This document shows, in pieces, positions 23,531 to 35,222 of a stretch of DNA of 64,000 bases. The first letter of the stretch is position 1. Each line of letters opens with the position of its first letter. The stretch comes from Eledone cirrhosa (lineage: Eukaryota): assembly GCA_964016885.1 (NCBI GenBank), contig OZ024741.1, positions 90,024,001-90,088,000 on the forward strand, given 5' to 3'. Both the position numbers and the translations under genes were made by a program. The notes under the pieces were generated by a model. That model had not been told where the DNA came from, did not search any database, and saw only the letters and a list, made by a program, of their open reading frames with translations.

Positions 23531-23817
23531 ATTAAAGGTGGAAAACTGGGAGAGGGCACTTGCCCTGGTGGTCAGGGTCACTGTGGCTTTTTAATGGGCC
23601 TTCTCCACGAATGACCCTCGGAAGTCTCCCCCCTATTGGGGAATTTTTTCATTGTTCTACTATTACATCCCCTGTTTCTTGTTTTTTTACACGCAGAAAT
23701 GCCTTTTGTACCGTCCTGTATTGTCCTCTACTGTCCTTAATGTCTACTTTGTGTAAACCCTTGTGGTTAATAAAGAAAGCATTATTATTGTTGTTATTAT
23801 TATTATTATTATTGTTA

Positions 23818-24287
<470 letters not shown>

Positions 24288-24688
24288 CTAAAAGACCATA
24301 TATTATTTTAGAACATCAGAAAGAGCGACAAGCCTTAATGCTACTTTTCCTGTTTATCTGCATTTGTCTAGCGTGATTGATAAACGTTAGCATTCATTAC
24401 ATTACCGCATCATTAAAGCAACTACAACAACAACAACACTACCCATTGCAGCTGCAGAAGCAGTTGCAGCAATAATCATTTAACTTGCTGCATCACGAAA
24501 CGTTTCTCAAATGTTGTCTCCAATAATTATTTTTTAAAAAAAATTTTATCTTTATATTTACCTTAACTTTAACCTTAAACATGACCCTTAAACTCTAATA
24601 TTAAATTCTAACCCTTGTTCTCGACCGGATTAAACAATAATATATATATATGTATATATATATTATTTGCTGATAACTGGAGCAATAA

Positions 24689-24769
<81 letters not shown>

Positions 24770-25028
24770 AAAAGTATATATTGAGTTAGGAACTCAAAAT
24801 AGTCTCTTACAATAAAATAGCTCTAAGAAAGAGATATTTCCGAGCCGTATATTATAATTGAGTATAAAAGAAAAAGGAACACAGATATATACATATATGT
24901 GTTCAGATGGTAAGGGACCAGATTCGCTAAGGTGAAACGAATACTGACTCTAGACAATAGGGTTTGCCTGTCTCAATTTAAGAAAAAATCAAGAAAATAA
25001 ATACAAACCGGAATTGTGGTAACTACCA

Positions 25029-25106
25029 ATCACCCAGACAACTTGGTGTTGTTTCGCAAAATTAATTGTGAATAGAATTACCAATTTTTGCTCATCAGTG
25101 GGTGAT
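25029..25106 (-). ncRNA. Canonical type I hammerhead ribozyme
   Basis: ATCACCCA-CTGATGA-GCAAAA..TTTTGC-GAAA-CAAC-accaa-GTTG-TC-TGGGTGAT: perfect 8-bp stem I, G-C closed stem II, 4-bp stem III, GUC cleavage triplet. Confidence 0.92.
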
Positions 25107-25940
25107 GAATTAGTATCCTAGACTCTTCTAAGTATATTAAGAAACTAAATAGTGTGCTATATATAATAACGCACATGGTATCTTAGCGTGTCTCACAAAC
25201 TTACACCACTAAAAATAGCAGCCAGGTTTATTCGACATTTGAAATAGCTCAACAAATCTTTTTTACTCAGAACACTCCCTGAAACATAAGTATTACATGT
25301 GTAAAGTTTCAAAACAGTCGGTTGGGTGGTTCTTGAGTTTTAGGGATTCAAACTCTCACACACACAGACAGACATCCTCAGTTTTATATATATAGACTAG
25401 CAGAAAACCACCCGGTGGGCGGTTTTCTGCTAGCAAATCTAGTGTATATACTGATATTGTTGAGATTTGGATGAGAAATGTTTTCGGCACCACATGTTCA
25501 CCGTCTCTCGGTGTGTCTTTTATGCATGTATAAATATATATGTTATCTATACGGTGAAATCTTTGAAATAAATATATGTTAAAACGAAAAAGGAGAAAAT
25601 AAATAACTGGCGGTTAGAAAAAAATATTCCTATGAAATTTTAATCATACCATTAGGTGTGAATAAGGAAATATTTTTTTATTGTCAAAACAAATGTTCAA
25701 AAGTTAAACTTCAATTTTTTTAATTATTTCCAATTTTTTCATGAAATTGAACACTGGACATTGGCTGCTGGAAATGGAAATTAAATCGTATTTAATTGTA
25801 TTTAAATTTCTAACCTTATTTTATTATTTATATTTTTTCAATAAGAAATAAAAAAAAACAACAACAAAAATTGAAGAAAAAAATTGAACAAATCAAACGT
25901 AGGTTATGGAACTGCGCAATCTGATTAATAAATTACCTCA

Positions 25941-26207
25941 TCAGCAGCAACCTTCTTCAAATGGTCCTTATTATCAGCAGCAACAACCACAAATTCAATG
26001 GCAACCTTCTTCAAACCACAAATTCAATGGCAACCTTCTTCAAATGGTCCTTATTATCAGCAGCAACAACCACAAATTCAATGGCAACCTTCTTCAAACC
26101 ACAAATTCAATGGCAACCTTCTTCAAATGGTCCTTATTATCAGCAGCAACAACCACAAATTCAATGGCAACCTTCTTCAAACCACAAATCCAATGGCAAC
26201 CTTCTTC
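25941..26207 (+). repeat. 83-bp minisatellite (~3 copies) with 29-bp sub-repeat
   Basis: CAGCAGCAACAACCACAAATTCAATGGCAACCTTCTTCAAACCACAAATTCAATGGCAACCTTCTTCAAATGGTCCTTATTAT repeated. Confidence 0.9.
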
Positions 26208-27888
26208 GCATGGTGTCAAGTCAGAACCACCTCGAACTGGTTACTTCTGGCTTGTGCAAGGTGTCTCTATAGCAACCAGCGATTCCCTCGGCCTCAGTGA
26301 CCAAAGTCAGTGGAGAGGGGAAGGTAATGTTTCTATAGCGACAGTGTTTCTCTTGGTAGTACCAAAGTGGAGAAAGGAAGGGGAAGGTAATATTTCTGTA
26401 GCACGTGTTTTAGCGTCTATTCACTCTCTCTCTCTCTCCCTCTCGCTATCCCCCTCTCGTAGTCTGTCTCTTTCTTTCATTCTCACTCTCTCTCTACGCA
26501 CGTGTTTCCACTGTCGGACAGACAGACAGAGAAATTGCTGGTTATATATATAAGTAGATTAGTTAGACAAGTCAATGAGGCACCATTGTTTGACTCCGCT
26601 CAGGGCATTAGTGGATTTATTTTATTTCTGCCTAAATTCAACCTTAACACTTTCTTGATTTCTATTTTTACATATGGAATATACTGAGCTGAAAAACTAA
26701 GATCAACTGAGATTATTCAAACAATTAATAGACAAAAAACTCCCTATAGGGAGTGTTTAAAATGTTAAAGCAAAATACAAAGGAAATAACTCCAATAAGA
26801 TCGGTTGATCGAAATTTATGAACAATATAGACAATATTTCTGGCTTAGTGAGAGAATGAAGAATCACATCCATGACCACTGTGGAACATCCGAGATTGAT
26901 GGGGGGTTAAGTTAGGAAAAAGCCCACAACACATAGAAACAGCACATCAAGATATCAACTTATCCGGTGATCGCAGGCGCTGCTGAAAGCATTTGAGGAC
27001 TAAGTGATGATATTAAACTCAGTGATGGATTTTGTATACCACCTTACCATCTGCGTTGTCCTTTTTTTCTAATGATGCACACAGTTAATGAATATCCAAA
27101 GAACCCACTGTGTACTACTACTTGGTCCCAGATGATTGTTTCAAGGATTGAATAAAAATACACGACTTGTGTGAAAGTAGCATTCGATATATTATGTATC
27201 ATGGCTGTGTGATTAAGAGGTTCTTTTTTTCAGTCATTTGGTTCTGGGTTCGATTCCATAGTGTAACGCTTTGGGCAAGTGAGTGTCTTTTAGCTTGGCA
27301 TCTATTTGAGTATACCTGGGCCAATCTAACCATCCCGGCCGAAGTAATGGTGGCAACACCACAGAGAACGTTAATTTATAAATGCATTTCGGTGCAAACG
27401 TGCAAAACGGAATTTACCCCACAATCTGAAGTGGAGGCTGCACTGAAATGCATTAAAAAAGACACTGAAGGGACAGACAATTCGGGCTATGAATGGAATT
27501 TGGATAGGTGTAGTGCTTGCAGAAATTCGCTTTATAAGCATAAACCGGTGAGAAACTGGTGCTCTTCGGACGAAGACATTTCCATGGAGATACAGATATT
27601 ATTCCCAGAAATACATTGAAGCAATAATTTTCCCATTGGAAACCAGTAACTAATGGTGTTATTGTTTACCAATCGTAATATAAAGTATGTAGCTTTTTGT
27701 GGCTTTATTATTTTATAAATTTTTACTTGTGTCTATGTTAGAAACAGACTCTCTCTCTCTAGAGAGAGTGTGTTTCTGTTTCTAACATAGACAAGATTCT
27801 TTCATTGGAATTTAGACATCAACTAGGTAAATATGTATGCATGTCCACGTGCGTGCATGTGTGCGTGCGTGCGTGCGTGCGTGCGTGC

Positions 27889-27974
<86 letters not shown>

Positions 27975-29044
27975 GTATGGATGTTATTGTGTGTGTGGAT
28001 CAGTATGTTTTGATTCACATGTGTACACATGCATATCTTTTGTATCTATACATATGTATATTATTACATGCAGATATTTTGGAATGTTTTATATATTTTT
28101 ACAGTACCATTAATGGATTGTATTTGTGACTTCCTAACTAGTCGTGTTTTTTCTGGTTCTGTGAGGCCCAGATTCTCAAGATTTATACTGAAGCAGTTAC
28201 TAACATATCCAAGAGCCCCAATAATAGGTATGATCGAAGAGAGCTGACATAGGGCTAAATGGAAACAACTATCGTTTACATAGCTGTAAACGGGTACCAG
28301 AAAGAAGGGACAAACTACAATTATATAAGCAGTGTAAACTGAAGATTATTTACTTTTGCTTACTGTATAGAATTCAACATAGGTGGTGAATTGACAGACG
28401 TAAACACACTGGATAAAATGCTCTGCGGTATTCGTTCTGATTCTCTTCTATGAGTTCAAAATCAGCTGAGGTCAACTTTGCCTTTCAACCTTTTGGACAC
28501 TGGTGGCCTTCAAATTGGCTACGGTTTCTCATTCTGATTAAGAGTTGTCTGGTCCACCCAATATTGTTGTTTAGCTGCAAATTAGCCATAGCCAGCAGAT
28601 CTATAGACAAAGGTGTAAGAGCCGTAGCCATTCCAGCCTTTTTATATTTAAGTCTAAATTGTCAAGAGTATCCTTCATTTCTTTTAAGGCCGTTGAGTGT
28701 GATTTAAGGAAGATTCGGTTATTATTTCTAGCAGATGGAGCAACCACATTGTGGCTCGCGTGTTGGCTCGTCAATCCCATGTTAAATGGAATAATTAAAC
28801 ATCGCAATTAATATTATCTTCTCTTGTTAATTGTTACTATATACTCACCCACTGCTTGTGTCCTCGTGGCTTCACTGGACTTGGCTGCGCTATTGAAACT
28901 TATAATGCACAAAAATCTTTGAGGATACGAGGACACACTCAGTAGTGACCAGAAGAATTAATTGATAGACCTTCTAGAAATAGCAGCTAAATCTTCCTCA
29001 AACTATGCCCTATTCTCTTTAAAAATCAGAGGACATATTGGATA

Positions 29045-29099
<55 letters not shown>

Positions 29100-29101
<2 letters not shown>

Positions 29102-30035
29102 CCGCATGTTGATCCAATCCTTCGGATCAACCCAAACGGCTTTAGGCGTGGTAGATCTACACTTGTAGAGATTTTGGCCTTGAGAAGAGTAGTGGAAGAG
29201 ATGAGAAACTCCAACAGGCAAATGGCTCTAGTTTTTGTTGACTTTAGAAAAGCTTTTGACAGCAGAAACAGCGACATTCTGTTTAAAATTCTACCCTTGT
29301 ATGGCATCCCAATGAGACTTGTAGAAGCAATTAAAGCTCTGTATTTCAACACAAGTGCCACAATCATCACCCCTGATGGCCCAACAGAGTTCTTTGACAT
29401 CTCAGCAGGAGTGTTGCAGGGTGACACTCTTTCCCTATTCCTCTTTATCATTGCACTAGACTCTCAATTGACAAAATCAATAACAAAGGTATAACCATCA
29501 AACTCTGCATGATCTCTAGGCACCTCTCTAAACATCTCACTGACCTTGACTTTGCGGATGACATTGCGCTTCTTGCAGATTGCCTAGAAAATGCGCAACA
29601 ACTTTTGACATCTCTCCAGGAAGCCGCCGCCCTCGTTGGTCTTCACCTCTACGAGGGTAAAACAGAGTACATATCAATCTGTACAGGCAACAACATCAAA
29701 ACAATCAACGACAGTGATATCAGGCAAGTTGAGGATTTCTTGGCTCCTGGATCTTGGACTCTAGGAAGGATTTTGAAACCAGAAAGGTCCAAACATGGTC
29801 AGCTTGCAACAAAATGAATCAACTTTGGTACTCAAATATTTCCAACCACACCAAAATCACTCTTCCAAGTAACAATTCAACCAATTATATTATATGGACG
29901 TGAAACATGAACGCTTTCATCCAAATAGGAAAAGCACCTTGATGGCACTAACACTCGCCTAATTCGACGCATTCATAACATAAGCTGGCGACATCTGACT
30001 TTGAATAAAATATATGCCGGCCTCCCACGCATATT
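29100..30035 (+). pseudogene. RTE-type LINE reverse transcriptase fragment
   Basis: NGFRRGRST..LVFVDFRKAFDS..GVLQGDTLS..LDFADDIALL..LYGRET*; frameshifts and stops. Confidence 0.88.
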
Positions 30036-30122
30036 TGTTCCAAAGAGGGCTCGATAAGGATAAATAAAGGGTGAAAGGAGCGATTCTTTGCTTAAACTTT
30101 AATCTGTTATTTTAATAAAGAA

Positions 30123-30153
<31 letters not shown>

Positions 30154-30356
30154 CATTCATTTTATTAAGGCTCTTGTCTGTCCTGTGATAAACAGGCGAA
30201 ACACCAGAGTAATACGACTCATTATTTATCCTTAATAAAATGAATATCAAAACTTTACCTCATTATTGAGTGCTCCTTTCTCTCAGTCGTCGACCACACA
30301 CACACATATATATATATATATTATATAAACCATTTGTTTGTTATTATATATATATA

Positions 30357-31062
<706 letters not shown>

Positions 31063-31064
<2 letters not shown>

Positions 31065-31243
31065 CAAAGGAATTGTAAGGAACCAGATGGACCATAACGC
31101 ACCAGAGTACTCAATACTTCGGGTAGTAGAGTGGGAAATAGGAAAAAGTATGACCCCCGACGGCAGAGCTCAAGCCGTTTCGGCGGCTATTTCTCGAATC
31201 GAAACGGGTTGAGCTCTGCCGTCGGGGTCGTACGTTTTCCTAT
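31063..31243. mobile_element. Short fold-back element in (TA)n (45-bp arms 31138-31182 / 31200-31243)
   Basis: Direct inverted match; homologous to 33111-33303. Confidence 0.8.
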
Positions 31244-31343
31244 ATATATATATATATATATATGCAAACAAGAAAAATAAATGACGATATTAAAGTAGAA
31301 AGAAAAATATGTGGAAGGTGTGAGAGAATGGAGAAAGAGCAAG

Positions 31344-31441
<98 letters not shown>

Positions 31442-31662
31442 CAATGAGGGGACTTAAAGCTCTGATAACAGACAATGGCAATTTTTAAGGTTTTAAAACA
31501 TCTTCTACCTGTGTGGTTAAAGTAATCAAACAAAAACACCTGTAAAAGGTTTATGAGATGTTTGACCGATACCTGGTGACGGGAAGGTGGAGCTGGAGAG
31601 TGGGAGAGGTACTGGGTTTAAAAGGTCAGTGCCTAGTAAATCACTCACGCACGCGCGCACAT

Positions 31663-31701
<39 letters not shown>

Positions 31702-31818
31702 CGCGTGTAGGTAAGTATTTGTGTGTATGTACGTGTGCGTTGTCTCTTTGTATGTGTGTGTCTGTATGAGAGTGTCTGTGTCTCTTGTTCTCTGTGTATA
31801 TATGTTTATGTGCATATC

Positions 31819-31876
<58 letters not shown>

Positions 31877-32489
31877 TGTTTGCGTGTGTACTACAATATG
31901 ACTACTAAATAGGTCAAGATTTTGTACTGAATAAACTAACACAACTTGTCATACTAGTGTTGTGTATATTGACAAACTTTAGACAAGACAACAGACAACA
32001 GGCGCTATATGATCACTTTACACGCTGGATATAGCAGCCAAATCACTCCTCAAATAGGCCTCATCATCTTAGTAAAGGATACATTTGTTAAGTACCTGTA
32101 TGATTGTTGATATTTAGCTTCAGGTCAACCTCAATCAAGTTCACCTATGACCAAAAACATTCCAACCGCAACCATTCGATCTCTTTTTTCTTCGGGAATT
32201 ATGTAACCTTGACTACGTTATCCAATGTCTCCGTTTTAACGGGACATCTAGTGGTTATTTTAATGTGAAGTTTTTTTTTACTCCTCTATGCGGGATTCTA
32301 ATTCTGATTTTGTGCCGTAGGTTTATATTTTGTCACAAATACTACGTGCTTACATGTTAAGTGATGGTTAAAAGACTTGAAATACTCATGAAATGTTATA
32401 AATAGCAAATACAAAAGCTTCTCACTCAGAGGATATCTGAGGTGGGTAGATTCAGTTGGTTTGGCATGGAGGCACACAGGTTGCTAGTT

Positions 32490-32527
<38 letters not shown>

Positions 32528-32591
32528 GGGAAGCTCTTCCACTATTTGAAAAGCTAGAAAACACATCCTCGTCGAAACTGACGGTTGTCCA

Positions 32592-32670
<79 letters not shown>

Positions 32671-32681
32671 TTCTCTCTCTG

Positions 32682-32906
32682 GAGGCAGATGTTCTTTAAT
32701 GCGAGTGTGGAGTGCTCGAGTCGTGCTACCAATGTAGAACTCTAGGGCTGATCTATAATGCACAAACAGGTCTCTACTGGTAGCTTTCTTATAGAAGTTG
32801 GTGTATATAGTACTTTCATCTGTTACTCTAAGCTGGAAGTCCAGCAGAGACAAGGAACCAATTTCATCGGGGTGTTCTGTGGTAAATCGTATGTTGTTAT
32901 CTGTGT
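32682..32906 (-). pseudogene. Penelope-like element fragment (RT thumb fused to GIY-YIG piece)
   Basis: NIRFTTEHP...LSLLDFQLRV..TNFYKKATSRDLFVHYRSAL / FYIGSTTRALHTRIKEHL. Confidence 0.8.
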
Positions 32907-32921
32907 TAGAAAGTTCCTTTA

Positions 32922-32960
32922 GCCCTGAAGAAGGGACTTTTATGTCCCGAAATATTAGAC
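32922..32960 (+). ncRNA. Minimal hammerhead motif next to the Penelope fragment (stem I damaged)
   Basis: GCC-CTGAAGA-A-GGGAC-ttttat-GTCCC-GAAA-TAT-TA-GAC. Confidence 0.55.
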
Positions 32961-33069
32961 AGAAAAAAGAACAACAACAAAAAACAAAACAAAGATTGCC
33001 AGGTAACTTACTTTTCGTTACCTCATCTTACAGTCCATTTTGCATTGTTTAGCTTGATATCTCTTTCAA

Positions 33070-33110
<41 letters not shown>

Positions 33111-33112
<2 letters not shown>

Positions 33113-33298
33113 CAAAGAGGGTGTGGTAAGGTACCAGGTGGACCATAACACCAAAGTACTCAATACTTAAGATAGTAGAGTGGGTAATAGGAAAAGAGTC
33201 AGGACCCCGACGGCTAAGCTCCGGTCGTTTCGACAGCTAGTTTTCGGATCTGGCTGTCGAAACGGCCGGAGCTCAGCCGTCGGGGTCCTGACTCTTTT

Positions 33299-33303
<5 letters not shown>
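33111..33303. mobile_element. Short fold-back element in (TA)n (54-bp arms 33187-33240 / 33250-33303)
   Basis: Direct inverted match; paralogue of 31063-31243. Confidence 0.8.
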
Positions 33304-33373
<70 letters not shown>

Positions 33374-33417
33374 TGTATATATATTGAGGAAGGCGAGGCT
33401 TATGGTTACTGATAACG

Positions 33418-33496
33418 AGTGTTAGAAGGTAAGGCGACACAAACAAGAGATGGAAACTTTCCATCTTTTGCTTGTGTCGCCTTATCTTCTAACACT
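33418..33496. repeat. 39-bp-arm palindrome next to (TA)n
   Basis: AGTGTTAGAAGGTAAGGCGACACAAACAAGAGATGGAAA-C-TTTCCATCTTTTGCTTGTGTCGCCTTATCTTCTAACACT. Confidence 0.85.
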
Positions 33497-33587
33497 ATAT
33501 ATATATGACCAGTTCATACATATAAGGATGTCCAACAGTTACCAGTTTTAAATGAATGAATTAAATAATTAATCAATTAATAATATT

Positions 33588-33622
<35 letters not shown>

Positions 33623-33624
<2 letters not shown>

Positions 33625-33678
33625 AGTATGTATGTATACGTACATACATATATGTATACAGACGTACAGTAGCATGCA

Positions 33679-33710
<32 letters not shown>

Positions 33711-34276
33711 CATACAGGTACACATACATATATGTACGTATCAGTTTAGCGGACGCTTATTATAACGCCTGCTTTGTTCGTTTGTAAACAAACTGAACAG
33801 CCTGAATTTATGCCGTACGGTGTTAAGGCAACCACGTCACCTTTTTGTTCAACACTGACACAGGAACGATGTACTAGTTTCAAGCTTGTTAGCTATCATC
33901 AGTACCGTATACCCTTCTGCCAGATGGTTGAACGTTCGAAAGTATATACTTTCCTTATGAAAATTAACGGCTGAGCAGCCTAATTTGCATATCGAGTGAG
34001 TTCGGCCAAGCGTACCGAAAACGATAAGTTGTAATAAAATGAAAACGAAATTTCATTTCTCACTCTTACTTAGTACGGCACTTACTTAAATGTAAGTATG
34101 TATGTATACGTACATACATATATGTATACAGACGTACAGTAGCATGCATATATATACATATATATATATATACATACAGGTACACATACATATATGTACG
34201 TATCAGTTTAGCGGATAAGTAAGTGCCGTACTAAGAGTGAGAAATGAAATTTCGTTTTCATTTTATTACAACTTAT
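33623..34276 (-). mobile_element. Second copy of the ORF-less hammerhead element (1.27-mer, ~465-bp period, plus 60-bp inverted cap)
   Basis: 33623-33753 is repeated at 34093-34215; 34216-34276 is the inverse of ~34024-34088; flanked by (TA)n. Confidence 0.85.
33867..33907 (-). ncRNA. Minimal type I hammerhead ribozyme
   Basis: CGGTA-CTGATGA-T-AGCT-aaca-AGCT-T-GAAA-CTAG-TA-CATCG; one stem I mismatch. Confidence 0.7.
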
Positions 34277-34647
34277 ATATATATATATATATATATATTG
34301 ACCGTCAGCTTAGTGACGTATATTCCTTTCAAAACACAATATATATTAAATTCCTAAGATAAAATTATTTGTGTGTAATGGATATTTGTTTTAGAATAAA
34401 CTTTTCTGGCGTAATGTATATATAAGAGAACCAGCATTCTTGGAGCATGTGTGTTGGTCAAAGAGGTGTGCTGCTTGGGTGTGTCTTAAGTCCAAACATT
34501 TGGATAATTGATATTGGTGTTACAACCTGTCACGATTTAGCAAATGCGCTACGTCATTGGTCTACACCCACTATTAAGTTGATCAGTTCTTTATACAATG
34601 AGCTGAATACATACATACATACACATACATATATATATATATATATA

Positions 34648-34747
34648 TAATTGTTTCTACTTTTGGCACAAGGCCAGCAATTACCCAGTGCAATACTGGT
34701 ACTTTATTTTATCGACCCCGTAAGGATGAAAGGCAAAATTAACCTCA
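34648..34747 (-). mobile_element. 5'-truncated SINE
   Basis: 3' half of the 17351 family. Confidence 0.8.
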
Positions 34748-34879
34748 AAACATTTGATTCACTTGATCATGTTTGGGAATGATAATTTGGTATCTTCCTC
34801 TCTACCTTTCCCTCTCAGTGTTCGTAAGTTGTAGAGCAAAGGTATCTACCTATAAATCTATCTTCGGACAATATAAACG

Positions 34880-34935
<56 letters not shown>

Positions 34936-35222
34936 GGACCTCCATGGACACACATAAACAGTTAAAAGAAAAATTTCCTAACGACGTAGGTAACCCCTGC
35001 GTAAAACCCTACAATCGAGTCCTGTTAAAATGTTTCCCCACCCCACCCCCATCCCACCAGACACCCCCTCCCCACCAACCATCTCCGTCCCCACCTCGCC
35101 ATAGACCACCACCCCACCAAACAACCCCTCCAACACTCCCATGGAAATTGAGCAGCCTGGTCCCCAGGAGACGAATAGGTGAGTGATTTATTTTCCTCTT
35201 CTTTTAACTTTTCAGCACCAAC

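Larger units (their letters stand above)
17766..23817 (+). mobile_element. Full-length L1-superfamily (Tx1-like) non-LTR retrotransposon
   Basis: 5' UTR, two open ORFs, 3' UTR with AATAAA (~23769) and (TTA)n on both sides. Confidence 0.93.

Noticed and set aside
18084-23581. Antisense and alternative-frame ORFs inside the LINE
   Set aside because: Shadow frames of GC-rich coding sequence with no motifs
17552-23817. LTR retrotransposon suggested by flanking direct repeats
   Set aside because: The repeats are 3' UTR copies with AATAAA and (TTA)n; no TG..CA ends, PBS or integrase; ORF2 is APE-RT
30170-30225. Possible hammerhead 3' half (CCTGT/ACAGG-CGAAAC); similar case at ~14795-14845
   Set aside because: CTGANGA box missing, so it cannot be called
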